The position numbers and the translations under genes are program-made. Below, piece by piece: positions 17,805 through 27,549 of a stretch of DNA of 64,000 bases; within the stretch, counting starts at the first letter, position 1; every line of letters begins with the position of its first letter. Below the pieces are notes generated by a model that saw only the letters and a list, made by a program, of their open reading frames with translations, was not told the origin of the DNA and ran no database searches. The stretch covers positions 25,864 through 89,863 of the forward strand of contig JAJZEC010000007.1 in the NCBI GenBank assembly GCA_021805825.1, read 5' to 3'. The DNA is from Pseudomonadota bacterium. GTDB taxonomy: Bacteria; Pseudomonadota; Gammaproteobacteria; Burkholderiales; Burkholderiaceae_C.

Positions 17805-19115
17805 TCACGGCAGCATCCGCAGCCCGGTTCTCCTGCGCACGTAGACCACGGCGCTGAGCTTGGAAAGCAACATGGCGAGATTTTCGCCCCAGACAGCGCC
17901 CAGCAGGCCATCGTAGCCGGCGCCCACCAGCAGGATGGGAATTCTCAGCAACAGGAACGCGATTTCAAACCGCAACAGCTGCCCCTCCCTGTTCGCAAGC
18001 ATCAGCACCAGGCCGGTCTGCCCCGTGAAGGCGTTGATCACCTGGCCGACCATCAGCACCTCGACGATGAGCAGGGAATGCGCATAATCATGGCCGTACA
18101 AGCCGACCACCTTGCTCCCGAACACCGCGATGAGCAGGGCGCAGACCAGGGAAAAGGCTGCGTTCCATCGGGTGGCCATCCGCACCAGAGACTGTGCCTC
18201 GTGGAATTTGCGGGCTGCCCAGGCGACCGCCAGCCTCGACTGCAGGAACAGGCTGATCGAAATCGAGCCCAGAGAAACCACGCCGATGATCTGCCGCGCC
18301 GCCTGCAATACCCCGACATCGCGGATTTCCATGAGGTAGCCGACCACGTACACGACGGCCTGCTGGTCGAGCAGTGCTACGACGGTGACCAGAAAGAAGG
18401 TCGTGGCCGTGCGGTAGGAGATGCCTCCACCGCCCCCGCGCTGCACGCCCGAACCCGCGAGGGCGACCCCGACGCGCCGCAGGCACTGCCGCTGGAAGAC
18501 GATGCCCGAGGCCAGCGCAACTCCTCCAGCCAGCAGCTGGATCTGCAGCGCGGTCGAGATCGTGAACGATCCCGGATGGAGGAACGCCAGCAGCGCCACG
18601 GCGATGAACCATGGCCTGATCCATACATCGGGCAGGTCGGCCCGCAAGACCCACCCAAGGCCGCGCAGGATGGCCGCGCGGTGCTGGTTCAAGGCCTGCA
18701 GGGCAACGATGCCGACGGCCATGCTGATGATGATCAGCGGCACCCCACGCAGGATGCCGAAGGATCCCGACCATTTCGCGATGACCGCGATCGCGTAGAT
18801 CACGACGACCGCGCACAGCATGATGAAGATCGCTCTCCAGAACAAGGCCGCGAAGCCTTCGAACCGATCCACGGCCTTCATCCGCGCAACCTCCCGGGTG
18901 ATCAGGTAGGGCAGGCCGAAGCCTGCCCCGGTGGCCGCCAGCGCAACAAGGGACATGATGAGCGTATAGACCCCGAAGTCCCCGGATCCGAGCATCCGCG
19001 CAATCAGGACGTTGCACGCAAAGAGCACCGCGGCACCCGACACCTTCATCGAGAACATCGCCACGATCCTCAGGAAAGTGGCGCGCCGAGACTCGCTGAT
19101 GGCTTGATCGTGCAT
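17805..19115 (-). CDS. Wzx-like oligosaccharide flippase (MOP superfamily)
   Basis: IARMLGSGDFGVY, many TM helices, GQVINAFTGQTGLVLMLAN. Start uncertain (19115 chosen; ORF extends to 19217 overlapping gmd). Confidence 0.8.
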   Translation of the reverse strand: MHDQAISESRRATFLRIVAMFSMKVSGAAVLFACNVLIARMLGSGDFGVYTLIMSLVALAATGAGFGLPYLITREVARMKAVDRFEGFAALFWRAIFIMLCAVVVIYAIAVIAKWSGSFGILRGVPLIIISMAVGIVALQALNQHRAAILRGLGWVLRADLPDVWIRPWFIAVALLAFLHPGSFTISTALQIQLLAGGVALASGIVFQRQCLRRVGVALAGSGVQRGGGGGISYRTATTFFLVTVVALLDQQAVVYVVGYLMEIRDVGVLQAARQIIGVVSLGSISISLFLQSRLAVAWAARKFHEAQSLVRMATRWNAAFSLVCALLIAVFGSKVVGLYGHDYAHSLLIVEVLMVGQVINAFTGQTGLVLMLANREGQLLRFEIAFLLLRIPILLVGAGYDGLLGAVWGENLAMLLSKLSAVVYVRRRTGLRMLP

Positions 19116-19185
19116 GGAGTCGGGCGTCTCGAAGCTGCCGGGATCGCTCTGCGGGCTTCCTGCGCTCAGGTGGCGCGATGCGGGC

Positions 19186-20280
19186 TCATTCGTGGTAATT
19201 CGGGGTGTGAAAACCATTGGACTTCGACAATTCGTCGCGCCGCGCGGCCGTCAGGTCTTCGCGAACCATCTCGGTCACCAATCGGGCGAAGTCGATCCTG
19301 GGCGTCCAGCCCAGTTTCTCGCGTGCCTTGCCGGCGTCTCCCAGCAGGGTTTCCACTTCGGTCGGCCGGTAGTACCGCGGGTCGACCGCAATGACGCACC
19401 GCCCCTGCGCGTCGAATGCCTTCTCTGCGGCACCGCGCCCTTCCCAGCGCAAGTCCATCTCCATCTCCCGCGCCGCGGCGTTGACGAAGTCGCGCACGCT
19501 GTACTGGGCCCCGGTGGCGATCACGAAGTCCTCGGGCTGATCCTGCTGCAGCATCAGCCACTGCATCTCCACATAGTCCCTGGCGTGCCCCCAGTCGCGC
19601 TTCGCATCGAGGTTGCCCAGGTACAGGCAGTCCTGCAGGCCCAGCTTGATGCGCGCAAGTCCGCGGGTGATCTTGCGGGTGACGAAGGTCTCGCCACGTC
19701 GAGGGCTTTCGTGGTTGAACAGGATGCCGTTGCAGGCGTACATGCCGTAGGCCTCGCGGTAGTTCACCACGATCCAGTAGCCGTAGAGCTTGGCCACCGC
19801 GTAGGGGCTGCGGGGGTAGAACGGCGTACTTTCCTTCTGCGGGCTTTCCTGCACCAGCCCGTAGAGTTCGGAGGTGCTCGCCTGGTAGAAGCGGGTCTTC
19901 TTCTCCAGCCCCAGGATGCGGATGGCCTCGAGCAGCCGCAGCACGCCCAGCGCGTCGGAGTTGGCGGTGTACTCGGGCTCCTCGAAGGACACCGCCACGT
20001 GGCTTTGCGCGGCCAGGTTGTAGATCTCGTCGGGCTGCGTCTGCTGCACGATGCGCAGCAGACTGCTCGAGTCGGTCATGTCGCCGTGGTGCAGGAAGAG
20101 ACGCACACCGGCTTCGTGGCGATCCTGATAGAGGTGGTCGATACGATCGGTGTTGAACAGGGAAGTGCGGCGCTTGATGCCATGCACGATGTAGCCCTTG
20201 TCCAGCAGCAGCTCGGCGAGATACGAACCGTCCTGCCCGGTGATCCCGGTGATCAGCGCGACTTTGGGTGTGTCAGTCAT
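19186..20280 (-). CDS. gmd: GDP-mannose 4,6-dehydratase
   Basis: [52 protein letters not shown]. Confidence 0.97.
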   Translation of the reverse strand: MTDTPKVALITGITGQDGSYLAELLLDKGYIVHGIKRRTSLFNTDRIDHLYQDRHEAGVRLFLHHGDMTDSSSLLRIVQQTQPDEIYNLAAQSHVAVSFEEPEYTANSDALGVLRLLEAIRILGLEKKTRFYQASTSELYGLVQESPQKESTPFYPRSPYAVAKLYGYWIVVNYREAYGMYACNGILFNHESPRRGETFVTRKITRGLARIKLGLQDCLYLGNLDAKRDWGHARDYVEMQWLMLQQDQPEDFVIATGAQYSVRDFVNAAAREMEMDLRWEGRGAAEKAFDAQGRCVIAVDPRYYRPTEVETLLGDAGKAREKLGWTPRIDFARLVTEMVREDLTAARRDELSKSNGFHTPNYHE

Positions 20281-21268
20281 GGAGTGTGCCGTGGCGGCTG
20301 TGGTTCGCGAGGAAGTCCTGGTAGGCGTTCTCCAGCCCGCGTTCCAGTTCGATCGTCGGCTTCCAGCCCAGGGCCTGCAGGCGCGCGCTGTCCATCAGCT
20401 TGCGCGGTGCTCCGTCGGGCTTGCTGCTGTCGAAGGCCACACGCCCGGTGAAGCCGGTGACCCTGGCGACCAACCGCGCCAGTTCGGCAATACTGATGTC
20501 GCTGCCGCAGCCCACGTTGATGTGGCTGAGCATCGGCTGGGTGTGCTGCGCGTAGGCCTCGCGGCTCAGGCCCATCACGTGCAGGCTCGCCGCGGCCATG
20601 TCGTCGACATGCAGGAACTCCCGACGCGGCTTGCCGCTTCCCCACACCGTGACCAACTCGGATCCGGCCAGCCTGGCCTCGTGGAAGCGACGCAGCAGCG
20701 CCGGGATCACATGGGAGTTCTCCGGGTGGTAGTTGTCGCCCGGGCCGTACAGGTTGGTGGGCATCACGCTGCGGTAGTCGATGCCATGGCTGGCGCCGTA
20801 CTGCCGGTTGTAGCTCTCGCACAGCTTGATGCCGGCGATCTTGGCAATGGCATACGGTTCGTTGGTGGGTTCCAGGGTTCCGGTCAGCAGCGCATCCTCG
20901 CGCATCGGCTGCGGCGCCAGGCGGGGGTAGATGCAGCTCGAGCCCAGCAGCAGCAGGCGCCGCGTGCCGCTGCGGAACGCAGCGTCGATGACATTGGCCT
21001 GGATCATCAGGTTCCGGTAGATGAAGTCGGCCGGATAGGTGTTGTTCGCATGGATGCCGCCGACCTTGGCCGCCGCCAGGTACACCTCGTCGGGGCGCTG
21101 CGCCGCGAAGAAGGCACGCACGGCCGCCTGGTCGGTGAGGTCGAGTTCGTCATGCGTGCGCGTGACCATGCGCTCGGCCGGATGCCCCGCGGCCAGCAGC
21201 GCGCGCAGGATCGCGCTGCCCACCATGCCGCGGTGCCCGGCGATGTAGATCGTGGGGATGGCTGTCAT
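20273..21268 (-). CDS. fcl: GDP-L-fucose synthase
   Basis: [53 protein letters not shown]. Confidence 0.96.
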   Translation of the reverse strand: MTAIPTIYIAGHRGMVGSAILRALLAAGHPAERMVTRTHDELDLTDQAAVRAFFAAQRPDEVYLAAAKVGGIHANNTYPADFIYRNLMIQANVIDAAFRSGTRRLLLLGSSCIYPRLAPQPMREDALLTGTLEPTNEPYAIAKIAGIKLCESYNRQYGASHGIDYRSVMPTNLYGPGDNYHPENSHVIPALLRRFHEARLAGSELVTVWGSGKPRREFLHVDDMAAASLHVMGLSREAYAQHTQPMLSHINVGCGSDISIAELARLVARVTGFTGRVAFDSSKPDGAPRKLMDSARLQALGWKPTIELERGLENAYQDFLANHSRHGTLHD

Positions 21269-21302
21269 CTCTCGTAGGTGCTTGCAGATCCGTGCATGAC
21301 CG

Positions 21303-22727
21303 TCAGGCGCGGCCGTAGGCGTCGTCCATGCGCACGATGTCGTCCTCGCCCAGGTAGTCGCCGCTCTGCACCTCGATCATCACGAGGTCGAGCGTTCCCG
21401 GGTTCACCAGCCGGTGCGGCGTGCAGGCCGGGATGTAGGTGGATTCGTTGGTGCGCACGTAGCGCCCACCGTCTCCATGGATCACCTTCGCGGTTCCCGA
21501 CACCACCACCCAGTGTTCGCTGCGGTGGTGGTGCATCTGCAGCGACAGGCTGGCGCCGGGCTTGACCACGATACGCTTGATCTTGAACTTCTCCCCCTCC
21601 TCCAGCACCGTGTAGGTGCCCCAGGGGCGGTGCACGGTGCGGTGCAGCCGGTACGCGGGGTGGTCGCGGGTCTTGAGTTCGGCGTACAGGTGCTTGACCT
21701 CCTGCGCCCGCTCGCTGGCCACCACCAGCAGCGCATCCTCGGTGTCGACGATCACCAGCCCTTCGACTCCGAGGGCGCCGACCAGGCGGCCGCCCCGGGA
21801 GTGCACCGCGCAATCGCGCACATCGCGCAGCAGCGCTTCGCCGTCGACCCGGTTGCCCGCCTCATCGGCTGCCAGCAACTCGCTCAGCGACGACCACGAA
21901 CCGATGTCGCTCCAGCCCAGTGCGCAGGGCACCACGGCCACCCGGCTGGAGCGCTCCATCAGCGCGTAGTCCAGCGAGTCCTCGGGCACTGCCTCGAAGG
22001 CGGCAGGGTCGAGCTCGACCTGCTCGGTGCCCTCGCCGCGGCTGCGGCGCGCGCCCTCGACGCTGCGGCGCACGGCCTCGAGGATCTGCGGGACATGGGC
22101 GGCGTATTCCTCCAGCACCGCCCGCGCGGTGAAGCAGAACATGCCCGAGTTCCACAGGAAGCGACCGCTGGCGACGAATTGCCGGGCAGTGGCGGCGTCG
22201 GGCTTTTCCACGAAGCGCAGCACCCGCTCGCCCTCGGCTTCGATGTAGCCGTAGCCCGTCTCGGGCGCTTCGGGCTGGATGCCGAAGGTCACCAGGCACC
22301 CTTCGCACGCGCGCTGCGCAGCGCGCCGCACCGCCTGCGCGAATGCGGCTTCGTCGGTGATCAGGTGGTCGGCCGGCAGCACCAGCATCGGCACGTCGGG
22401 GTGCTCCGCCTCCAGGCTGAGCGCGGCGGCCGCCACCGCCGCGGCGGTGTTGCGGCCGAAGGGCTCGAGCAGGTAGGTGGTCGCAAGCCCCGCGGTGTTC
22501 ACGGCGCGGTAGTCGTCCGCCGTCTGGAAATAGAACTCCCGGTTGGTAACCGTGAGCACCTGCTCGACCCCCGGCAGCGCGGCCGCGCGCAGGAAGCTTT
22601 TCTGCAGCAGGCTGCGGCCGTCGGGCAGGCGGATGAAGGGCTTGGGGTGCGCCTCCCGCGACAGCGGCCACAGCCTCGAGCCGGCACCGCCGGAGAGGAT
22701 CACGGGAATCAACGGGTCAACCGCCAT
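21303..22727 (-). CDS. manC: Mannose-1-phosphate guanylyltransferase / mannose-6-phosphate isomerase
   Basis: [41 protein letters not shown]; C-terminal cupin [17 protein letters not shown]. Start at ATG 22727. Confidence 0.96.
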   Translation of the reverse strand: MAVDPLIPVILSGGAGSRLWPLSREAHPKPFIRLPDGRSLLQKSFLRAAALPGVEQVLTVTNREFYFQTADDYRAVNTAGLATTYLLEPFGRNTAAAVAAAALSLEAEHPDVPMLVLPADHLITDEAAFAQAVRRAAQRACEGCLVTFGIQPEAPETGYGYIEAEGERVLRFVEKPDAATARQFVASGRFLWNSGMFCFTARAVLEEYAAHVPQILEAVRRSVEGARRSRGEGTEQVELDPAAFEAVPEDSLDYALMERSSRVAVVPCALGWSDIGSWSSLSELLAADEAGNRVDGEALLRDVRDCAVHSRGGRLVGALGVEGLVIVDTEDALLVVASERAQEVKHLYAELKTRDHPAYRLHRTVHRPWGTYTVLEEGEKFKIKRIVVKPGASLSLQMHHHRSEHWVVVSGTAKVIHGDGGRYVRTNESTYIPACTPHRLVNPGTLDLVMIEVQSGDYLGEDDIVRMDDAYGRA

Positions 22728-22947
22728 GGTGCGCGCCAGCCGGCTCTGGATCTGCGGAGTAGCAAGCCTAACAGGCAGTTGCCGGGTCAGAGGGATGGCG
22801 CGCAGTCGCCGGCGGCACCCGGGCGCGCAAACCCGCACACGCTCGCGCCCGCCCTTCGCTATGCTTGACCGAAAAAGCCGCCGCGGCGGGCGCAGGGGCG
22901 CGACGAAAGGCGCGGGCCGGGTGCGCGCGGGGCCACAGGAGACCAGC

Positions 22948-24666
22948 ATGCACAACGACCCCGCACGCCCCTGGCTGGCGCACTATCCGCCGGGCATCGA
23001 CTGGCACGCCCCGCTGCCGGCGCGCCCGCTGACCGAACTGCTCGACGCCGCGGTGCGCCGCTGGCCGGCGCTGCCGGCGCTGGAGTTCATGGGGCGCATC
23101 ATCGACTACGCGGCTTTCGGCGAACTCGTCGACGCCTTCGCCGTGGGCCTGCAGCGGCTGGGCGCGGGGCCGGGCGTGCATGTCGGGCTGTATCTGCCGA
23201 ACACGCCGCACTACGCGGTGGCCTTCTTCGGCGCGCTGCGCGCCGGCGCCACCCTGGTGAACTACTCGCCGCTGGACGCCGAGCGCGTGCTGGCCGACAA
23301 GATCGAGGACAGCCGCACCGACATCCTGATCACCCTCGACCTGAACACCCTGCTGCCGCAGGCGCTGCGGCTGCTGGACAGCACGCGGCTGCGCCACCTG
23401 GTGGTCGGCAACCTCGCCGATTACAGCGCAGCGCCCGCGGCCGTGCGCGACCGGCTGGAGCAGGATGGCCGGCTCACGCCGTGGCAGGCCGACGCGCGGC
23501 ACCACGATTTCTCCGGCCTGCTGGGCCACGGCCGGGCGCCGCTGCCGCATCCGGCGGGCGATCCGCACACCACCCTGGCCGTGCTGCAGTACACCGGAGG
23601 CACCACCGGGCGGCCGAAGGGCGCCATGCTCAGCCACGCCAACCTCAGCGCGGTGGCCGAACAGTACTTCCGGTCCGCGCAGGGCGCGCCGCCGGTGCTG
23701 CGGGAGTGCGCCGAGCGCATGCTGGTGGTGCTGCCGCTGTTCCACATCTATGCCCTCAGCGTGTGCCTGCTGTTCGGCGTGCGCCTGGGCGCCCACCTGG
23801 TGCTGCACCCGCGTTTCGAGGTCGACGCGGTGCTCAAGGATCTGCAGGACAGGCGCATCAGCATCTTCCCCGGCGTGCCCACGATGTACACCGCGGTGCT
23901 GCAGCACCCGCGCGCGGGCGCGCTCGACCTGCGCGCCCTCAGCTTCTGCGGCTCCGGCGGCGCGCCGCTGCCGCTGGAGGTGGCCGAGCGCTTCCGCCAG
24001 CTCACCGGCTGCCCGCTCAACGAGGGCTGGGGCATGACGGAGACCGGGCCCGCCGGCACCTTCACCCCCGTGCACGGGCTACGCAAGCCGGGATCCTGCG
24101 GCATGCCGCTGCCGGGGGTGACGGTGTCGATCCGCGCGCTCGACGATCCGGCGCGCGCGCTGCCGCCGAACGAGGCCGGCGAGCTGTGCGTGCGCGGGCC
24201 GAATGTGATGCAGGGCTACTGGAACGCGCCGCAGGTCAACGCCGAGGCCTTCACCCCCGATGGATTCTTCCGCAGCGGCGACGTGGCGCGCATGGACGAG
24301 GACGGCTGCCTGTTCATCGTCGACCGCACCAAGGACATGCTGCTGTGCGGGGGCTTCAACGTCTACCCGCGGCTCATCGAGGAGGCGATCTACGAACACC
24401 CGGACGTCGCGGAGGCCTGTGTCATCGGCGTGCCCGACACCTACCACGGCCAGGTTCCGAAGGCCTTTGTCGTGCTGCGGCCGCAGGCAGCGCCGCTGAG
24501 CCTGGAAGACCTGCGCGCCTTCCTCGCCACGCGCATCGGCAAGCACGAGATGGTGGCGGCGCTGGAACTGCGCGACACCCTGCCCAAGACGGCCGTCGGC
24601 AAGCTGTCGAAACGAGACCTCATCGAACAGGAACGCGCCGCCGCGGCGGCGCGCGCACAGGCATGA
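22948..24666 (+). CDS. Long-chain fatty acid/dicarboxylate--CoA ligase (ANL family)
   Basis: YTGGTTGRPKG, EGWGMTE, FFRSGD, DRTKD, LPKTAVGK. ATG 22948 with AGGAG. Confidence 0.93.
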   Translation: MHNDPARPWLAHYPPGIDWHAPLPARPLTELLDAAVRRWPALPALEFMGRIIDYAAFGELVDAFAVGLQRLGAGPGVHVGLYLPNTPHYAVAFFGALRAGATLVNYSPLDAERVLADKIEDSRTDILITLDLNTLLPQALRLLDSTRLRHLVVGNLADYSAAPAAVRDRLEQDGRLTPWQADARHHDFSGLLGHGRAPLPHPAGDPHTTLAVLQYTGGTTGRPKGAMLSHANLSAVAEQYFRSAQGAPPVLRECAERMLVVLPLFHIYALSVCLLFGVRLGAHLVLHPRFEVDAVLKDLQDRRISIFPGVPTMYTAVLQHPRAGALDLRALSFCGSGGAPLPLEVAERFRQLTGCPLNEGWGMTETGPAGTFTPVHGLRKPGSCGMPLPGVTVSIRALDDPARALPPNEAGELCVRGPNVMQGYWNAPQVNAEAFTPDGFFRSGDVARMDEDGCLFIVDRTKDMLLCGGFNVYPRLIEEAIYEHPDVAEACVIGVPDTYHGQVPKAFVVLRPQAAPLSLEDLRAFLATRIGKHEMVAALELRDTLPKTAVGKLSKRDLIEQERAAAAARAQA

Positions 24667-26762
24667 GCGAGATCCGCACCCATTACCGCAACTGCAACAT
24701 CTGCGAGGCCATGTGCGGCCTGGAGATCCGCCACCGCGACGGCGAGGTGCTGTCGATCAAGCCGGACCGCCAGGATCCCTTCAGCCTCGGCCATATCTGC
24801 CCGAAGGCGGTGGCGCTGCAGGATTTCCACGTCGACGAGGATCGCATCCGCACCCCGCTTCGGCGCAGCGCCGGGGGCTGGCAGCCGATCGGCTGGGACG
24901 AGGCCTTCGCCGAGATCGGCCAGCGCCTGCGCTCGATCCAGCAGCAGCACGGAGTGGACAGCGTGGGCGTCTACCTCGGTAACCCGAACGCCCACAACCT
25001 GGGCAGCGCGCTGCTGCTGCCCCGGCTGCAGAAGGTGCTGGGCAGCCGCAACCGCTACAGCTCGGCCTCGGCCGACCAGCTGCCGCATCACGTGGCGGCC
25101 AGCCAGATGTTCGGGGCCGGCCTCGCGATCGCGGTGCCCGACATCGACCGCACCGAGTTCCTGCTGATCCTCGGCGGCAATCCGGTGGTGTCCAACGGCA
25201 GCCTGATGACCGCCCCGGGCATGCCGCGGCGCCTGAAGGCGATCCTCGCGCGCGGCGGGCGGGTGGTGGTCGTCGACCCCCGACGCACGGAAACCGCCAG
25301 GCTGGCCAGCGAGCATTTCGCGATCCGCCCGGAGGCCGACGCGCTGCTGCTGTGCGCCCTCATCCGCACCCTGATCGACGACGGCAGCGTGGATTTCGGC
25401 AACGTCGCCGGCATGGTGGACGGCTACGAGCGTCTGGTCGAGGCCACCGCCGCCTTCACGCCCGAGCACGTGGCCGGCGCGGTGGGGATGGCCGCGGCCG
25501 ACATCCGCCGCCTGGCACGCGACTTCGCGGCGGCGCCTTCGGCGGTGTGCTACAGCCGCATGGGCGCGAGCACGCAGTCCTTCGGCGGGCTGTGCCAGTG
25601 GCTGACGCTGGTGCTGAACATCGTCAGCGGCAACTTCGACCGCCCCGGCGGCGCGATGTTCCCGCAACCCGCGCTCGACCTGCTGGCGCGCGCACCGCGC
25701 ACCGACCCCGCGACACGCCAGCCGCCGCGTTCGCGGGTGCGCGGCCTGCCCGGCCACAGCGGCGAATTCCCGGTGGCCACGCTGGCCGACGAGATCCTCA
25801 CCGAGGGCGAGGGGCGCATCCGCGGGCTGCTGAGCATCGCCGGCAACCCGGTGCTGTCGGCTCCGGGCGGCGCGCGCCTCGACGAAGCCTTCAGCCGCCT
25901 GGACTTCATGGTCGCGGTGGACATCTACCTCAACGAGACGACACGCCACGCCCATATCGTGCTGCCGGCGGCCAGCGGGCTGGAGATCGCGCAGTACGAC
26001 GTGTATTTCAACAGCTTCGCGGTGCGCAACGTCGCCAAGTACTCGCCACCGCTGTTCGCGCCGCGCGGCGAACAGCGATCCGACGGGCAGATCCTGCAAG
26101 GCCTCATCGCCTGCCTCGGCGGCGCGGCCGACGAGGCCATGCCGGAGGCGCTGCTCGACGCCGCCCTGCGTTCGGGCCCGTACAAGGAGCAGGGGCTGAG
26201 CCTGCAGATGCTGCTGGAGCATCCGCACGGCATCGACCTCGGCGCGCTGCGCCCCTGCGCGCGCGAGCGCCTGCGCACCGTCGACGGCCGCATCCGGCTG
26301 GCCCCCGAGCTGTTCCTCGGCGACCTGCCGCGGCTGCACGCCAGCCTGACCGACGCCGCCACGCCGAGGGACTTTCCGCTGCGCCTGATCGGGCGCCGCC
26401 TGGTCTGGAACCACAACACCTGGACGCAGAACGCGCACCGGCTGCTCAAGGCCGCCGGCCCGATCACCGTGCAGGTGCATCCCGACGATGCGCAGCGCCT
26501 GGGCATCGCCGACGGCCAGATGGTCACCGTGCGCTCGCGCACCGGCCAGCTGCGGCTGCCGGCCGAGTACGACTCCGACATCGCCCCCGGCGTGGTGAGC
26601 ATCGCGCAGGGCTGGGGCCACGACGGCCCCGGCATCGCCATGCGCCGCGCTGCGGCGCAGCCAGGCGCAGGGATCAACAGCCTGACCGATACCGAGCGCA
26701 TCGACCCGCTGACAGGCAACGCCGCCTTCAACGGCACCCCGGTGTCGATCCGCGCGGACTGA
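24663..26762 (+). CDS. Molybdopterin (Mo-bisPGD) oxidoreductase family protein with N-terminal Fe-S motif
   Basis: CNICEAMCG...HICPKA, VDPRRTETA, DIYLNETTRHA, C-terminal VHPDDA and VSIAQGWG. ATGA overlap with the ligase; no twin-arginine signal seen. Confidence 0.9.
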   Translation: MSEIRTHYRNCNICEAMCGLEIRHRDGEVLSIKPDRQDPFSLGHICPKAVALQDFHVDEDRIRTPLRRSAGGWQPIGWDEAFAEIGQRLRSIQQQHGVDSVGVYLGNPNAHNLGSALLLPRLQKVLGSRNRYSSASADQLPHHVAASQMFGAGLAIAVPDIDRTEFLLILGGNPVVSNGSLMTAPGMPRRLKAILARGGRVVVVDPRRTETARLASEHFAIRPEADALLLCALIRTLIDDGSVDFGNVAGMVDGYERLVEATAAFTPEHVAGAVGMAAADIRRLARDFAAAPSAVCYSRMGASTQSFGGLCQWLTLVLNIVSGNFDRPGGAMFPQPALDLLARAPRTDPATRQPPRSRVRGLPGHSGEFPVATLADEILTEGEGRIRGLLSIAGNPVLSAPGGARLDEAFSRLDFMVAVDIYLNETTRHAHIVLPAASGLEIAQYDVYFNSFAVRNVAKYSPPLFAPRGEQRSDGQILQGLIACLGGAADEAMPEALLDAALRSGPYKEQGLSLQMLLEHPHGIDLGALRPCARERLRTVDGRIRLAPELFLGDLPRLHASLTDAATPRDFPLRLIGRRLVWNHNTWTQNAHRLLKAAGPITVQVHPDDAQRLGIADGQMVTVRSRTGQLRLPAEYDSDIAPGVVSIAQGWGHDGPGIAMRRAAAQPGAGINSLTDTERIDPLTGNAAFNGTPVSIRAD

Positions 26763-26782
26763 CGCGGCGGCGACCATCACGG

Positions 26783-27133
26783 CTAGAACCGCAGCCGCAC
26801 CCCGATCCACGCGTTGTGCGCGACGGCGAAGGCCTCGACGGCCAGCGATCCCCATTGCCATTGGCGGCGGTACAGCGGAGGCATCCACGCCGAGACGAGC
26901 CCGTGCAGCGCGACCATGGCCAGGAAATGCTCGTTGACCGCGCGCTGGCTCGGGCGGCTGCCCAGCAGGGGGTTGCGCTCGCGGTAGCCGTGGCGCACCG
27001 CCCACTGGGTCTGGCGGGCATCGACCAGCAGCAGTGCGTCGTAGCCGAGTTCGCGCCAGGTGTCGTGGCGCGTCCAGCGGGCCGGCGCTGCGTCGGCGTG
27101 CAGGGCCGTCGCGCACAGCGCCAGTGCGACCAT
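26783..27133 (-). CDS. Small hypothetical exported/membrane protein
   Basis: Signal-like MVALALCATALHADA, then DARQT..., RERNPLLGSRPSQRAVNEHF, two hydrophobic stretches, ends VRLRF. Start uncertain. Confidence 0.6.
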   Translation of the reverse strand: MVALALCATALHADAAPARWTRHDTWRELGYDALLLVDARQTQWAVRHGYRERNPLLGSRPSQRAVNEHFLAMVALHGLVSAWMPPLYRRQWQWGSLAVEAFAVAHNAWIGVRLRF

Positions 27134-27549
27134 GCCGCGCGTTGCGGCCCTTCGGTGCTGCCGCCGTGCCGGCCCTTGCATGCGCGCCCCCATTGCAGCC
27201 CGGATGGCCGGGGCCACCGGTGCGGGTGGACGGCCATCGGGGCAGATGCTCCTGGAGCATCGAAGGGCTCATTGAACGCAGCGCCGCCAAGCCCGCCAAC
27301 GGGGCAGCGGAGGGTTTATCCGTGGCTCAACGAAGGGCTCAGCGGCCATTCGCAGCGGGGTCGCGGCGGGTAAATCCGGGCGCTTCTGCCACACCCGGGG
27401 AACCACGGGCAGACCCCAACTACTGCCGCCCGCGGGAGCGCCCTATGATGTCCTGAAAGCGGTCCCCGGGACGCAGGCCCGCCCTGCGCCCCGCAAAGCA
27501 TGCGGGCAAGCCCCCCGGGGAGACCAGACACAACAAACGAGGAGACTCC

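Noticed and set aside
23481-26762. 1093-aa ligase-oxidoreductase fusion
   Set aside because: The upstream part is an off-frame read of the ligase; the oxidoreductase starts at ATG 24663.
27240-27545. Structured RNA or riboswitch in the intergenic region before the lipase lipoprotein
   Set aside because: GC-rich hairpins are possible but no recognisable aptamer consensus; would need an Infernal/Rfam search.
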